Below are positions 50,237 to 62,448 of a stretch of DNA of 64,000 bases, in pieces (the stretch's first letter is position 1; each line of letters opens with the position of its first letter). A model generated the notes under the pieces. The model was not told the origin of the DNA. It saw nothing but the letters and a program-made list of their open reading frames with translations, and did no database searches. Location of the stretch: contig JBHGNT010000014.1 of the NCBI GenBank assembly GCA_043228905.1, positions 17,112,001-17,176,000 of the forward strand. Direction: 5' to 3'. A program made the position numbers and the translations under genes. The stretch is from Azolla caroliniana. Its lineage: Eukaryota; Plantae; Polypodiophyta.

Positions 50237-50835
50237 AAGGAAAGTCTAAAATGTAAAATTCAATCAAAGGGTGAAATATGCATTTGGGAACCAAGAAAAA
50301 TGCCATGTAAGTGCCACACAGGCACATACGAGATCATAATCGGCGAACCTTATTTGCATTGTCTATTCTCGAGGCCTTATATCAAGGAAAGTCTCAAACC
50401 TAAATTCAATCAAAGGGTGAAACTTTTATTTGGGGACCAAGCAAAATGCCATGTAAGTGCCACACAAGCACATAGGAGATCATAATCGGCAAACCTTATC
50501 CGCACTGTCTATGCTAGAGGCCTTATATTATATCAAGGAAAGTCTCAAACCTAAACTCAATCAAAGGGCGAAAAATGTATTCAGGGACCAAGCAAAATGC
50601 CATGTAAGTGCCACACAAGCACATACGAGATCATAATAAGTGATCCTTATTTGCACCATCTATTCTTGAGGCCTTATATTATATCAAGGAAAGTCTCAAA
50701 CCTAAATTCAATCAAAGGGTGTTGAAAATATGTATTTGGGGACCAAGGAAAATGCGATGTAAGTGTCACATAGACACACATGAGATCATAATGGACGGTC
50801 ATGATCTGCACTGTCTATTTGTTGAGGCCTTATAC
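50237..50835. repeat. ~150-bp tandem repeat, 4 diverged copies
   Basis: AAGGAAAGTCT anchors at ~50237, 50383, 50535 and 50687. Confidence 0.9.
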
Positions 50836-51487
50836 CGTGGATTGGTGCAAATGACTCAAAGGAAGATTTGGTTAAATTCGATTACAAGGTGCCGATACTG
50901 ATGGGGGGGTCACCCCGGCCAGTGCATATGATGGAGAGGCATCGAGTGTTGGGATTCGGGATGCCGATCGCCTTTGTCCATTCAGTGTGAATGCGTCGTC
51001 CAATCTCCTGTGTTCATTCGGCCGGCTTCGGGCCTCACCAAGTGTCAACCAAGGGGGAAGTCTTTACGTTCCAACCCCAAGTTTCTATGGAACACTTACT
51101 TACTAGCAACTACTAGAGGGCTCCACAAAAAATAACACATACATTATTAGTATGAAGCATACGTACCATTCGCATTCTCGAACATTATTAACATTCGCGT
51201 ATGGAAAACACCCTCGAAGTATGGTAAATACCATACTTTTGCACTCATTATTTATTATAAGGTAAATTTTGTTTTTTTAGGGTAAAATAGTTAAAGGTAA
51301 AAAGTGTTAAAAAAAAAAAACACAAGAATGTTTTAATAACATACTCATTCGTGTGAAAATACGTATGAAAAAGAATGTTTTGGGCTAAACGAACACGAAT
51401 GCACATACATACAAAATTTTCAACAAAACGCTTTCAAAAACTCAGACTCAGACGCAGACTCAGACTCAGACTCAGACTCAGACGACG

Positions 51488-51640
51488 ATGATTTCTTCTC
51501 CTGCCACGCGATCTCCAGTTTCCATGGAAGCTTCGGAGGCTCCTCTCAAGCTCAGCGATGGCCACATGTACTCCTCTTCAGCGTTTCTCCTTCGCTCCTC
51601 CTCCACCACCATTACGACTGCTACTACTACCACTACTACG
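51488..51640 (+). other. Probable first exon of the PPR transcription unit (Ser/Thr-rich peptide or uORF)
   Basis: GC-rich segment after a (CAGACT)n leader, ATG at 51488, donor ACG|GTACT at 51641 followed by a pyrimidine-rich intron start. The splice partner is unresolved. Confidence 0.55.
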
Positions 51641-51949
51641 GTACTCCTATTTTCTCCTCACCCTCTCTCTTTACATGCTACATTTTGACTAAATAAAAAT
51701 AAAAAGTCCCAACTTTCTCATAGAGCTGCTCCTCCTTAGAAATTTTTAGAAGTTTTAACGGTTTAGAAATGAGTTTCCTGGTTGATGAATTAAGTAATAT
51801 GTAATACAAACAGATTAGAAATGAGTTTCTTGGTTGATGTTTGTATGAGTTTCCTGGTTCATGAATAATTGGAAACTTAATTCGTATTCTATATTTCATA
51901 TATTACATACTTTGTGCTTCGAAGCCTGCGTTTAATTATAGATTTTGTA

Positions 51950-52800
51950 TGATTTTTGCATCTATCTATAGCGTTTTGAAATTCTCTTGCTCCTTCTCCT
52001 TCTTCACTGATTTAGAACTAAATTGACGAGCATTAGATAATTGCTTGAGCTTGTATTAGATGATTTCTATCATATTATTAAAGATTTGATTGCAAGTAAT
52101 GATGATTGATTGCATTTTTCCTTGAAGGTTAAGATTATGCACATGTTTCCTTGGCAAACATGGGACATAAACCTTTTTAGTAAGCATTGTGTTTATATCT
52201 TTTTTATTTATATTCAGTAAACCCTGCTTATCAAACCTCTAACTTTTATAGAAAACAGATGGTATCTCTCCAAAGTACTCTCTGGTGGTATAATGCCTTT
52301 CTAGCTTTACACCTGCATTTACTAAAGATGACCGTGCGAACACATTTATGTGTACATAATCTTTTAATTGGGGTGATAAAGGTATGTGGATAGGATGCAT
52401 GGTGCTGTGTTGCTTTGCCACTGTGATTGTAATTGGCTCTATCCATCAGTGAGTCCATAGCCTAAATAGAAACAGATAAAAAGATTGTAAATTGAAGCAT
52501 TCCAAGTTAATATCAATATTGATCACAACCATCAATTCAATTGGGGTCAAATGTTATTTGAACATGATTATGCCATCATACCATTTTGCTTCCCAGATCA
52601 AAGATAATATTACAATGGCTGGCGATTTGGTGGTATTCTATGTTGACAACTGCCATGTGAGCCTGACTAACTACCATATGCACTCTGGATGTGAAGAAGT
52701 GTAAACCTGATCAATAGCTTTTTCTTCCTTCTTTTCCTCCCACTCACATTTTGTATGTCTTTGGCAATGGTTAACGTCTATATTCTCTGTCTTAATCTTC
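51950..52800 (-). pseudogene. Lipoxygenase gene fragment (exon 7 part, intron 7, exon 8, intron 8 start)
   Basis: HPIHIPLSPQLKDYVHINVFARSSLVNAGVKLERHYTT; YHQIASH at ~52615-52637; intron sequences are homologous to LOX-A and LOX-B. Confidence 0.88.
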
Positions 52801-53466
52801 ATCATTATCAATTTGGTCATGTTCATAGGTGATCTCACAGTGAATGCCTATGGTTATTGTTCACTGAGTGATTATCATTTCATGATGTCAGTTATCCCGT
52901 CCTTAATTGTGCTGAAACCCAGTAAAAAGACTAATGACCATAGAGAGTCAAGAAACTATGTTTTAGATATCCATTCTATCAAGAATTTATGTGGCATGCT
53001 GCAGTTGACAAGAGCAATGCCCTGATGCAAGGTTACTCATGCACAGTTGCACTGAAATATTTTGGTGATTTTCTACTAAGTGTAAGCATATTAATCATAA
53101 AGGGGGAGTTTTCTTATATGCAGATGTGTGTATCAAAATGAACATGCTTCAATATCTGTTGCTACTTTTTTTCTCCATAAAATGAAAAAGCTTCAGGTGA
53201 TAGCTTCATCATTTGGAATGCAATATTTACAAATCTATTTCTTTCTCCCGATTACATTTCATCTGATCTAGAGGTCGAATTGTGGTGATAATGATGGGAG
53301 GTCTAGATCATTATGATCTTACATAGCTATTAAATTCTTCACAACAAAGTCAAGTTTAATAATAATCATAATATGCAGTAACCATAATGTGTTCCAAACA
53401 AGATGGCCTGGTATGTTTCATATTTCTTGGAAAGACAAGGTAAGTGTGTGAGGCACCAAATGAAGC

Positions 53467-55833
53467 ATGATCACAGTGGAAAACAGTCTGCTTCCATGGA
53501 ACTCCAAGATAACAAATCGGATGAGAGACAGAGATGCAAGGGGATGTTTAAATATTACGCAAAAAATGTGTCAGAATGGAATCGATCCAGATGCTTATAC
53601 AATCTCCAGCTCCTTGAAGGCATCTGTTATGCTAGGGGATTTGGAAATTGGGAGATTGATTCATGCCCTGTTCATTATGAGTGTCACGGAAGCTAGCACA
53701 TATGTGAATAGTACCCTTATCAACATGTATGCAAAGTTGGGAAACCTGGAGGATGCTCGGTATGTGTTTGAGAAGGTGTCAGATGCTCGAGATATTGTGT
53801 CTTGGAATGCTATGATCACTGGCTACACAAAGCATGGATTCGCTGAAGATGCTGTGAACTTGTATAAGTTACTGAATTATAGTTGTATGCAACCAACTGA
53901 TATCACATTCACGATGGCATTGCATGGATGTGCGTGTTTGGAAAGCTTAGAATGTGGTCGACAGATCCACAAGGATATCCTCATAAGGAGCACCAACTCT
54001 AACATATATGTCAACAATATTCTCATTGATATGTACACCAAGTGCGGTAGCCTTGAGGATGCTTTGAAAGTATTTGATGATATGCCAGAACATGATGTAG
54101 TGTCATGGAATGCAATGATTGCAGCTTTCAGCAAGAATGGATTACCGGAAAAAGCATTTCTGTTTTTTGTCCAAATGCTAAATGAAGGCATGCATGCAAA
54201 TGATCGAACACTTGTGAACATTTTAAATGCTTGTAAGGCCGTAGAATATCTTGAGCAGTGCCATCGATTGCATACCCTTGTAGAAGAGAGTGAACTCCGA
54301 ACGAATGTTATTGTGTGCAGTACAATGATGGACATGTACATGAAATGCGGTGAGGTGAACAGAGCACAAGTCTTGTTTAAAAGCATTCCCAAGTTAGATG
54401 TTGTAACGTGGAATGTAATTATTGCTGCAAATGCAAAGAAGGGAAACTTCCAGGAGGCGCTTGAACTTCATGAAAGAATGAAATTGCAAGGTATTATGCC
54501 GAATGAAGTTACTTTCTTAGGCATCTTACATGCATGTGGTGGCCTTGCAGCTCTAGAAAGAGGTAGACAAGTGCATGCTTGCATAACAACCACGTGCATG
54601 AATCATATCTTGTCATTGTGCAATGGACTCATTGACATGTATGTAAAATGCAGGAGCTTACACAATGCATGTAGTGTATTCAATAAGATGTTGGATCGAG
54701 ATGTCGTTTCTTGGACCGCCACCATCACAGGCTATGCACAGCACGAGCAGCACGAGCAGCAAGAGCATGCCTTTCTTCTATATATCCAAATGCAACAGGA
54801 GAGCATATTGCCTAATAAAATAACTTTTTTAGCCCTCTTAAGTGTGATCCACAGTCCAGTGAGTATGAAGAGGGGCAGGCAAATCCATTGCCAGATAGAA
54901 GCAGCTGGGATGAAACACAATTTGACCATGACAAATACATTAATACACATGTATGCGAATTGTGGAAAGCTGAACATGGCACAGGATATGTTTGACGAGA
55001 CAATAAAAAATAATGTGATAACATGGAATGCAATGATTTCAGGTTATGCAAAATACGGTCGTGTGGAAGAATCCTGGGAGTTATTCTGTCAAATGGGTGT
55101 AGAAGGTGTGTTTGCAAACGAGACAACGTTCGCGAGCATCCTTGATGCGCTTTCTAGCATAGCAGCTTCTGGGCAAGGAAAGCAAATTCACACTGTTATT
55201 CTTAGTGTTGAACTTCAATCAAGCATTTTTGTTGGTAGTGCTCTGATTAATATGTATTCCAAGTGTGGGAATCTTGATCATGCCCACAAGGTTTTAGACA
55301 GAATATTAGTACGAGATGTAGGATCATGGGGTGCCCTGATCACTGCATATGCTCAACATGGTCATGGCAAGAAGACTCTCCAACTCGCTGCTCAAATGTG
55401 TGCAAAAGGAATACAATTAAATCATATTACACTCATCAGTATTTTGTCTGCCTGCAGCCATTCAGGTCTTTTAAATGAGGGCTGGTTCCTTTTTGATTCT
55501 ATGACTCGTGATCACGGTGTTAAACCTACAGTGAAGCATTTTGCATGCATGGTTGACCTTCTTGGCCGTGCTGGACAACTTGAGGATGCATACACCTTTA
55601 TACAAAAATTGCCGCCTCAAGCTAGTGCTCCATCATGGATGTCCCTACTTAGTTCATGTAGAATGTATGGAAATGTTGATATCGCAGAGGTAGCAGCTGA
55701 AAGAGTTCATCAGCTTGAGCCACAAAATGCTGCACCCTTCCGGTTGCTCCATGATATCTATGCCTCACCTTGGCAAATGTCTGACTTTGTTGAGATTCTA
55801 CACGTGAATAATGAATGCATGCAAACAGAGTAG
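53467..55833 (+). CDS. PLS-class pentatricopeptide repeat protein with E domain and no DYW (788 aa ORF); likely organellar RNA-editing specificity factor
   Basis: Repeated P-L-S triplets (VSWNAMI..Y, TF..L.AC, N.LIDMY.KCG); S2/E motifs HFACMVDLLGRAG and SWMSLLSSCR..; ends before the PG box and DYW. Confidence 0.93.
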   Translation: MITVENSLLPWNSKITNRMRDRDARGCLNITQKMCQNGIDPDAYTISSSLKASVMLGDLEIGRLIHALFIMSVTEASTYVNSTLINMYAKLGNLEDARYVFEKVSDARDIVSWNAMITGYTKHGFAEDAVNLYKLLNYSCMQPTDITFTMALHGCACLESLECGRQIHKDILIRSTNSNIYVNNILIDMYTKCGSLEDALKVFDDMPEHDVVSWNAMIAAFSKNGLPEKAFLFFVQMLNEGMHANDRTLVNILNACKAVEYLEQCHRLHTLVEESELRTNVIVCSTMMDMYMKCGEVNRAQVLFKSIPKLDVVTWNVIIAANAKKGNFQEALELHERMKLQGIMPNEVTFLGILHACGGLAALERGRQVHACITTTCMNHILSLCNGLIDMYVKCRSLHNACSVFNKMLDRDVVSWTATITGYAQHEQHEQQEHAFLLYIQMQQESILPNKITFLALLSVIHSPVSMKRGRQIHCQIEAAGMKHNLTMTNTLIHMYANCGKLNMAQDMFDETIKNNVITWNAMISGYAKYGRVEESWELFCQMGVEGVFANETTFASILDALSSIAASGQGKQIHTVILSVELQSSIFVGSALINMYSKCGNLDHAHKVLDRILVRDVGSWGALITAYAQHGHGKKTLQLAAQMCAKGIQLNHITLISILSACSHSGLLNEGWFLFDSMTRDHGVKPTVKHFACMVDLLGRAGQLEDAYTFIQKLPPQASAPSWMSLLSSCRMYGNVDIAEVAAERVHQLEPQNAAPFRLLHDIYASPWQMSDFVEILHVNNECMQTE

Positions 55834-56847
55834 GCGACCAAAATGTTTGTAAAGTAGTTAAGATTAAGACTAATATGGTGGTTTCAACAGTTTTCCTGTT
55901 TTGCAGTTTTCAGGAGCCCTATTGGCTGACAGGACCTTTTATGACTAGAGTTAATGGAGGAGAGCATCTGCATCCTTACGATTGTTGATACCATTTATCT
56001 GTTGACATTGTTCATCACGTGTTTTCATTCTGTAATTCGATTGATAGAGAATCAATCTCTACTATCAAACAATGCTTATACTTGTCAATTAAGACTATGA
56101 TCTCTGTATAGAAATATGGGTGTGAGTACTTCAGCAAGACTTAACCGAGCCTATCCAATCTATGTGTAATCTGAAATCGCCGTGACATAAAGCTGAAATG
56201 GAGTCCATGATGAGGGATGTCTCTGTTTTACTCAGCTTGTGGGGCAAACAGCAATTAGAAAATCACTCTCTAGTTCACCAAAATAGTAGTAAAAATCTGG
56301 ACATTAGGGGACATCAATTCTTCACAAAAGGCTAAGAGTAGTTGTACCCAATTGAACCATGTTCAGAGGGCATATAATACTCGGAGGTCATCTACTTTAA
56401 CCCACTATGTACAACTCCCTTTTCTTGTTATTGATAAGAATATATATAGCAAAAGAAACCATTGTCATATGAAATAAATATGCGTTATGCAAAACATACC
56501 CAAGTTATCTTGTGATTTTGGAAAAACAATTTGGGAGTTTATTTTTCTCTTCTTCATAGTGCACATAACTGGACCAACTCAGAGGGTTTTTGTCTCAACA
56601 ATAGATCACATGATAAGGAACAGAGCGTTGGTGCCCTATGATATAATCTGAGTAGAGATGGGAACAGTTCTATTTCATTAACGAGATACTTTCATTGTTG
56701 CTCTTCAAAGAAGAGACAGCATTTTAAGATGTAATCAAGAAACTGTTCATTCATTTAAAGAAACTGTTATTTTAATATATGTTCAACACAGTGCTGGAGA
56801 CTAAAAAAAGTTTGCACAAAACACTGCCCTGTACTCACTCTTCCCCA

Positions 56848-59800
56848 TCAGATAGAGATGCTGTTCGGAACGCCACGGAAGGTGAGACCAGGCCCTGCAG
56901 AACCACTGGGAGCAAGCAAAGTGTAAGGCAAGAGTACTGAACCAACCCTATGGTAAAGCTTAGACTTCTCTGGGTTCTCTTCCGCTTCCAGATTTCGAGC
57001 TTCAATGGAAGCTTCCACTTGGGCCAGGTTTTCGCGGAAGTTCTCGAAGACAGCAATCGCACGCTTATCAGATGTCCATTGAGAATCACTTTGCTCACCA
57101 AGGTATATTTCATCACTCATATGTTGAGCCAAAATCTCAAGCACTGCCATTGCCAATGTTGTAGCCCGATAGTAAGGAATGGTTTCGAAATAGAACTTAT
57201 CAGGGTTTGATACCATTTCATCGTATTCTGGAGTACCCTCTTCTGGTATAAATTTTCTTGCCATGCATGGACTGTTGGGCATGTACCCTGCATAGGCATA
57301 TTGCCCAAAGTTCACTGCAGCATGATGAGCCGAAGCTAACCAAATGATTGTGGACCCTATCTGGATCAGATTTTCGACACTTGTCATTGTTGGCCACCAA
57401 CTGGCATTGGCATGGTCAGCATGCCCTGTTGTCCTAACTTCCAACCACCAGGTTTGGAGTTCCTCATCCTTCACAACGTCCTCATCATCCCTGTAATATA
57501 TATTCACATAGTCCTCGACCCATTTTCGGATGGCAGCCCATAGATCTAATCCATCTACGGCATATGGATAATCCTCTATTGTCAGCCTTAATCCATGTTT
57601 TGCACTTGGGTCCTTTATTGCCATCCCCCTGCACACCCAATATAAGTTATACCAACACATGACTTCAGCAACGTGTTTACTATATAAGTGGTTTTGAATA
57701 TAATGACGCAATCCAGACACTTTTGATGCCATTAGAAACACCACATTTCCTGATCGGTGAATAATTGGAATCTTAAATTTGTATTGTACATAATCAATGC
57801 TTAAATGATTCCTTAAGCTTGTATTCTATTAGATTATTAATAATTTGCCTGCAATTACAATTTTGATTAACACGCTTTGGTTATCCATTCATTATGCACA
57901 TGCTTCCATTGCAAATTTGGTATAAAATCCTTCTTAATAAGCGTATGTGCTTATACCTTTTGAGAAGATCTTCAGGTAAACCCTCCTGATCAAACCTCCA
58001 ACTTTTATAGACAGCAGATGATATCTCCATGGAATATTCACCGGTGGTATAATGTGTTTCTATCTTTCCACCTGCATTTATTAACGATGACCTTGCGAAT
58101 GCATTTACATGTAGAGTATCTTTGAAGTGGGGTAATAATAGTTTGTGGATGGGATGTACTATGCTGATTTGCCTTGCTGTTGCAATTCTAATGGGCTCTA
58201 TGCATGCGTGGGTTCGTAGCCTACAGAGAACCAACATCAAAAGATAGAGAATTGGAAAAATTCCAAGTTAATATCATGTGATTGATCATTAACAGGCAAC
58301 AAATGTTATTCTAACACGATTGTGGCAGCATATCATTATGCTTCCTAGATGCAAGATAATATTACCAATGACTGGCGATTTGGTGGTATCCTGCATCAAC
58401 AACTGCCACATGAGTCTTTGCCAAGTGCCATAGGCACTCTGGATCCGAAGAAGTGAAGACCCTACTGATAGCATTTTCTCCCTTCGTTTCGGGAGGCAAA
58501 GTTAGCTCTATTGCAATAGGGAGGAGCTTCCCAGATTTTGTCAAGTATAAAATAGTACGAGAGGCATATGTCTTTCCTTCTTGCTTATTAATCCTGTTGA
58601 TGAAGGGCATCAATGCATCATGGTAATCCAGTATGTACAGTAAATTGTGTTCCAGTGCCTGGCAAAAAGAAAATTTTAGTTTCCCAGCAGAATTTTTATC
58701 TCATAAAACTCTCCCCCAACTTTTGTTCACCAGAACTTCGTGTTGAGAAAATGAACTTAGAATTACCTCTTTCACCGAGAAACCTTCAAGCAATGGTTGA
58801 AGGTGACCCTCAGTGATGGAAGACTTTGGATCACCGTAAAGGGCAGGGTCCAAGGAGCTCACCAGAGGAAAAGTCTTACAGGATGGATGTTTCAACATAA
58901 GAAACAAATTACAATTACTTCAAATTTGGAAGCCTAAAAGATCATCATGAACATGAGGCAGCATTGAGGTTTATGTACCTCAAGGCGTTGGATGACCAAA
59001 GGGTTGGCTCCTGCAAGTCGCTGCCGTCCAAATTCCTCATCAGATTTCCAAGCTTTGGAATTTGCTGCATTCATTATTTGAAAGCCGATTCTCATAATCC
59101 GATAGATTGGATGTACTTGGCATGAATCTATTATAAATGGAAAAGCAATAACTGTATGAAATGTGTAGTTTTGATTGAGGATCTGTACCTTGAACAATAC
59201 CAGGTGGTGGGAATTCCATTAGTGTTCCATCAGTAGGCTTTCTAATAATTTCTTTAGTAGATTTAAAATCGTGCTTGAGTTGTCCAGCATATAGATTATG
59301 GATGTCCTCCTTTTCTGTAAATATGTGATCTTGCAAAATGATGCTTTGAATTGAGAAAATAAAATGATGGACCAAACATCGGATTCCGGCAGTTACGAAA
59401 AGCATCTTCTTGTATCTACTGAATTTCTCGTCTCGTGGTAAATAACCAGAATCAAAACCCGTTGCTGGTTTTTCCGAGTCTTTATCTATACATCCCAAAA
59501 AATAGAAAATAGAAAACCAATTGAATTGACACGACTTTTCTGCATGCCAGATATATATAGAGGATTTATGCATTTGCACAAATGTTAGTTGTGAGATGGA
59601 CAGGGCTGTATCACAACTTTAGTATTCATGAGGTTTTTGCTTTTGATCTTGTATGTATATGATCTGAGGGCAATATTTATGTATAAAAAAAAATTAACAT
59701 CATATATTTTTAAGCTGGAGAAATAAGGTTCATCAAAAATACTATGTGGTAATACTTGTGCTAATGTGCCTGCATTGAACTATATTGAGATTAACATACT

Positions 59801-62448
59801 ATCAGCTTTAGCATATATATATATATTTAAAAAGTGGATTTTGCACGTGATACAAGCATGCATGAACATGTTGTAGATCAATGGTAAAGTAATATTCATT
59901 AAGAGTATTCATGTTGTATGACTACCTTTTGCAAGTGTCATTTATAAAAGTACACCTGATGTTTAGACTTATAATTATTTCACTGATATAACTTACCATT
60001 TTTTGTGTGCTTTCGGCCAGTTCTACACCGACGTGGGTATGGATATTCATCGGAGCCCCCTAAAACAGGCCTTTTGAGCTTCAAATCCGCATCCGGGTTG
60101 CCGATATCATTGTAGACATCGAAACCATATTTGCGTTCCCCATACACTCTTTCATCCGTGTCATCACCTCGAAGGGAAACGATTTCATTTTGACGATACT
60201 TCAAAAGAGCCGGTGGGGTCTCTCTTGGAAGGTAGGGCTGCACAAGTACCAAGTAGTACACAAAGTGATGATATGAATCAAAATAAATAATATCTCATAT
60301 CCACCATTATATCCATCAAGTAGAGATGATGTATTAATGTTCTTGGTTGTAAATACAAGTAGACACACATGGAGCTAGAGAATGCAGCTCAATTGGTAAG
60401 TTTTCTCTGCTCCTCAATATTCTTCTCGCCACTTGTTTGTATTTTCAGTTTGTAGAAAGGTGTATCCCTCCACACCAAAACCATCTAAGGCATTGAGATG
60501 ATTTTGTACACCAACATGAGAATCTTATAAACCAAGATTATGTCATCACTGTAAAGAAGAATGTGGATGGATGGTTGTCCCCAATGTGTTGATTTCATCA
60601 CTACCTCCATGTGTGATGCACAATCCAAAGAGGGTGGAATAGAGTAAGAATCCTTGAAGATCAGGATGAGACTCTACTTAGCTTAAGGATTACTTAACGA
60701 TGGGTCACATTCTATACCAATTCTGTAGAATGAGCATTTGCAAGAATGTTTTACCATCCTCAAGGAACTTTTATGCATTGCTCCTGCACTTACATTGCCT
60801 ATCCCATGCAAACCTTTTCACATTGAAACTAATGCTAATAATGATTATGTAGATGATGTCGTTCTTTTCCAAGACATAAAACCTATTCCTTTTGAAAGTA
60901 GGAAACTTCATTCTATTGAATGGCAATTTTGTTGAGTTCAAGAAAAATAAATTCATGCACTTAGAACTTCGGACATACTATTTATTTAGCTAAAGTTATC
61001 ATAATTTTGTCAACGTCGATAAAGGCCAAAGTTCTCGGTTTCCTTTTTTAGCTTTGCCCCCTTTAACTAATATTTTGATAGTTTTGTGATTGGAGGGGCT
61101 GCACTAACTGGATAAGCACAAGTGTTTGCATGGTTCATGTGTTGGGAAGTTGCTTTACAGAGCACCTATTAAACAATTGTGCAAGGATACAAGCCAGTAC
61201 CATTATATTCATGTGTGTGTGTGTGTGTGTGAGTGAGAGAGAGAGAGAGAGAGAGAGTTAAAAGTAGTTGCATATGACCTTGTGCTTTGTAACAATCTAA
61301 TTCTAGTGTCTACATAAGATAAGAAAGAAGAGAGAGAAAAGAGAGAGAAAGAATGCAACTAACATGATTTGTGAAGAAGATTCGCGGTTGACCAGAATTG
61401 AGCTTGGAATGGTTGATCCAAGTATGGCATGGGAAGTAAATTTGGGTTTTATCAGGCATCTCCAAAGTGATGGATTTCATATAGAACTCATTGTTGTCAT
61501 AGCTTTCCAATAGGATAGCTCCTGGTCTTCCGAAATCAGCCCCCACGGAGAAACTCGTTGTGAGAAGCATATCCATGTCATCCACAGTTCCACCAAACAA
61601 TGACAATGTTGATGCCGAGGTCACTTTCTCTTCGTTCGTATCTAAAATTGTATGAGAACATGAAACATTGATAACTCCATGAGAGAAAATGGAGTGAAAC
61701 TTATGATAATGGAAGAGATAAGAGTTATATATATATATATAATGATGGAATACAAAATGATATTTCAATGTATATCTCCGGTAGTATGGGCTATAACGAT
61801 GATTCATATAACAAAATACCAACAATTATATGTATATTTGATGAAGATATCACTCCATGGCAGTTCTTGCATGGAGGCATGTAAGTCAACCAATGAAATT
61901 GAAGCAAAATGTTATAATGATGATTCATATAACAAAATACCAACAATTATATGTACATTTGATGAAGACATCATTCCATGATAGTTCTTGAATGGAGGCC
62001 AATGGAATTGAAACAAAATGTTATAATGATGATTCATATAACAAAATACCAACAATTATATGTACATTTGATGAAGACATCATTCCATGATAGTTCTTGA
62101 ATGGAGGCCAATGGAGGCCAATGGAATTGAAACAAAATGTTTTAATTGAGTGTTAATTTAGATATGTTGATGCTCTTTTAATAAATTGACGTGTATATTG
62201 TTCCACAATGATTAGAATGATGAGCAAGTGAGATTAATGATCCCGAGAAGCTAGTCAATGATGTGTGTTCACATGCAAATCCTCAAATCCTAACACAAAC
62301 ACATATCCTTTTTTATCTTACCAGGATTAGTGTCGAGGCTAACAAGGCGAAGCTTGACGGATTGTCGGAAAAGCTGGCGGAAGGCATGAATGAGTTGGAA
62401 TACAAGATTCTTATGGAAGATTCTGATTGTGGCTTTGATGGTATCCAT
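56848..62448 (-). CDS. LOX: Lipoxygenase LOX-B, 824 aa, 9 exons: 62448-62322, 61641-61364, 60237-59997, 59485-59189, 59064-58979, 58874-58767, 58658-58366, 58220-57957, 57628-56848
   Basis: Same motifs and intron phases as LOX-A; 7 of 9 exons have identical length; ends GVPNSISI; exon lengths sum to 2475 nt. Confidence 0.94.
60440..60980 (+). mobile_element. Ty3/gypsy RT-RNase H remnant in LOX-B intron 2
   Basis: [33 protein letters not shown]. Confidence 0.7.
61798..62145. repeat. ~110-120-bp tandem repeat x3 in LOX-B intron 1
   Basis: GATTCATATAACAAAATACCAACAATT at 61801, 61922 and 62031. Confidence 0.9.

Noticed and set aside
53467-55833. Functional link between the PPR editing factor and the neighbouring unedited ccsA insert
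   Set aside because: PPR genes and NUPTs are both abundant in such genomes; proximity alone is not evidence.
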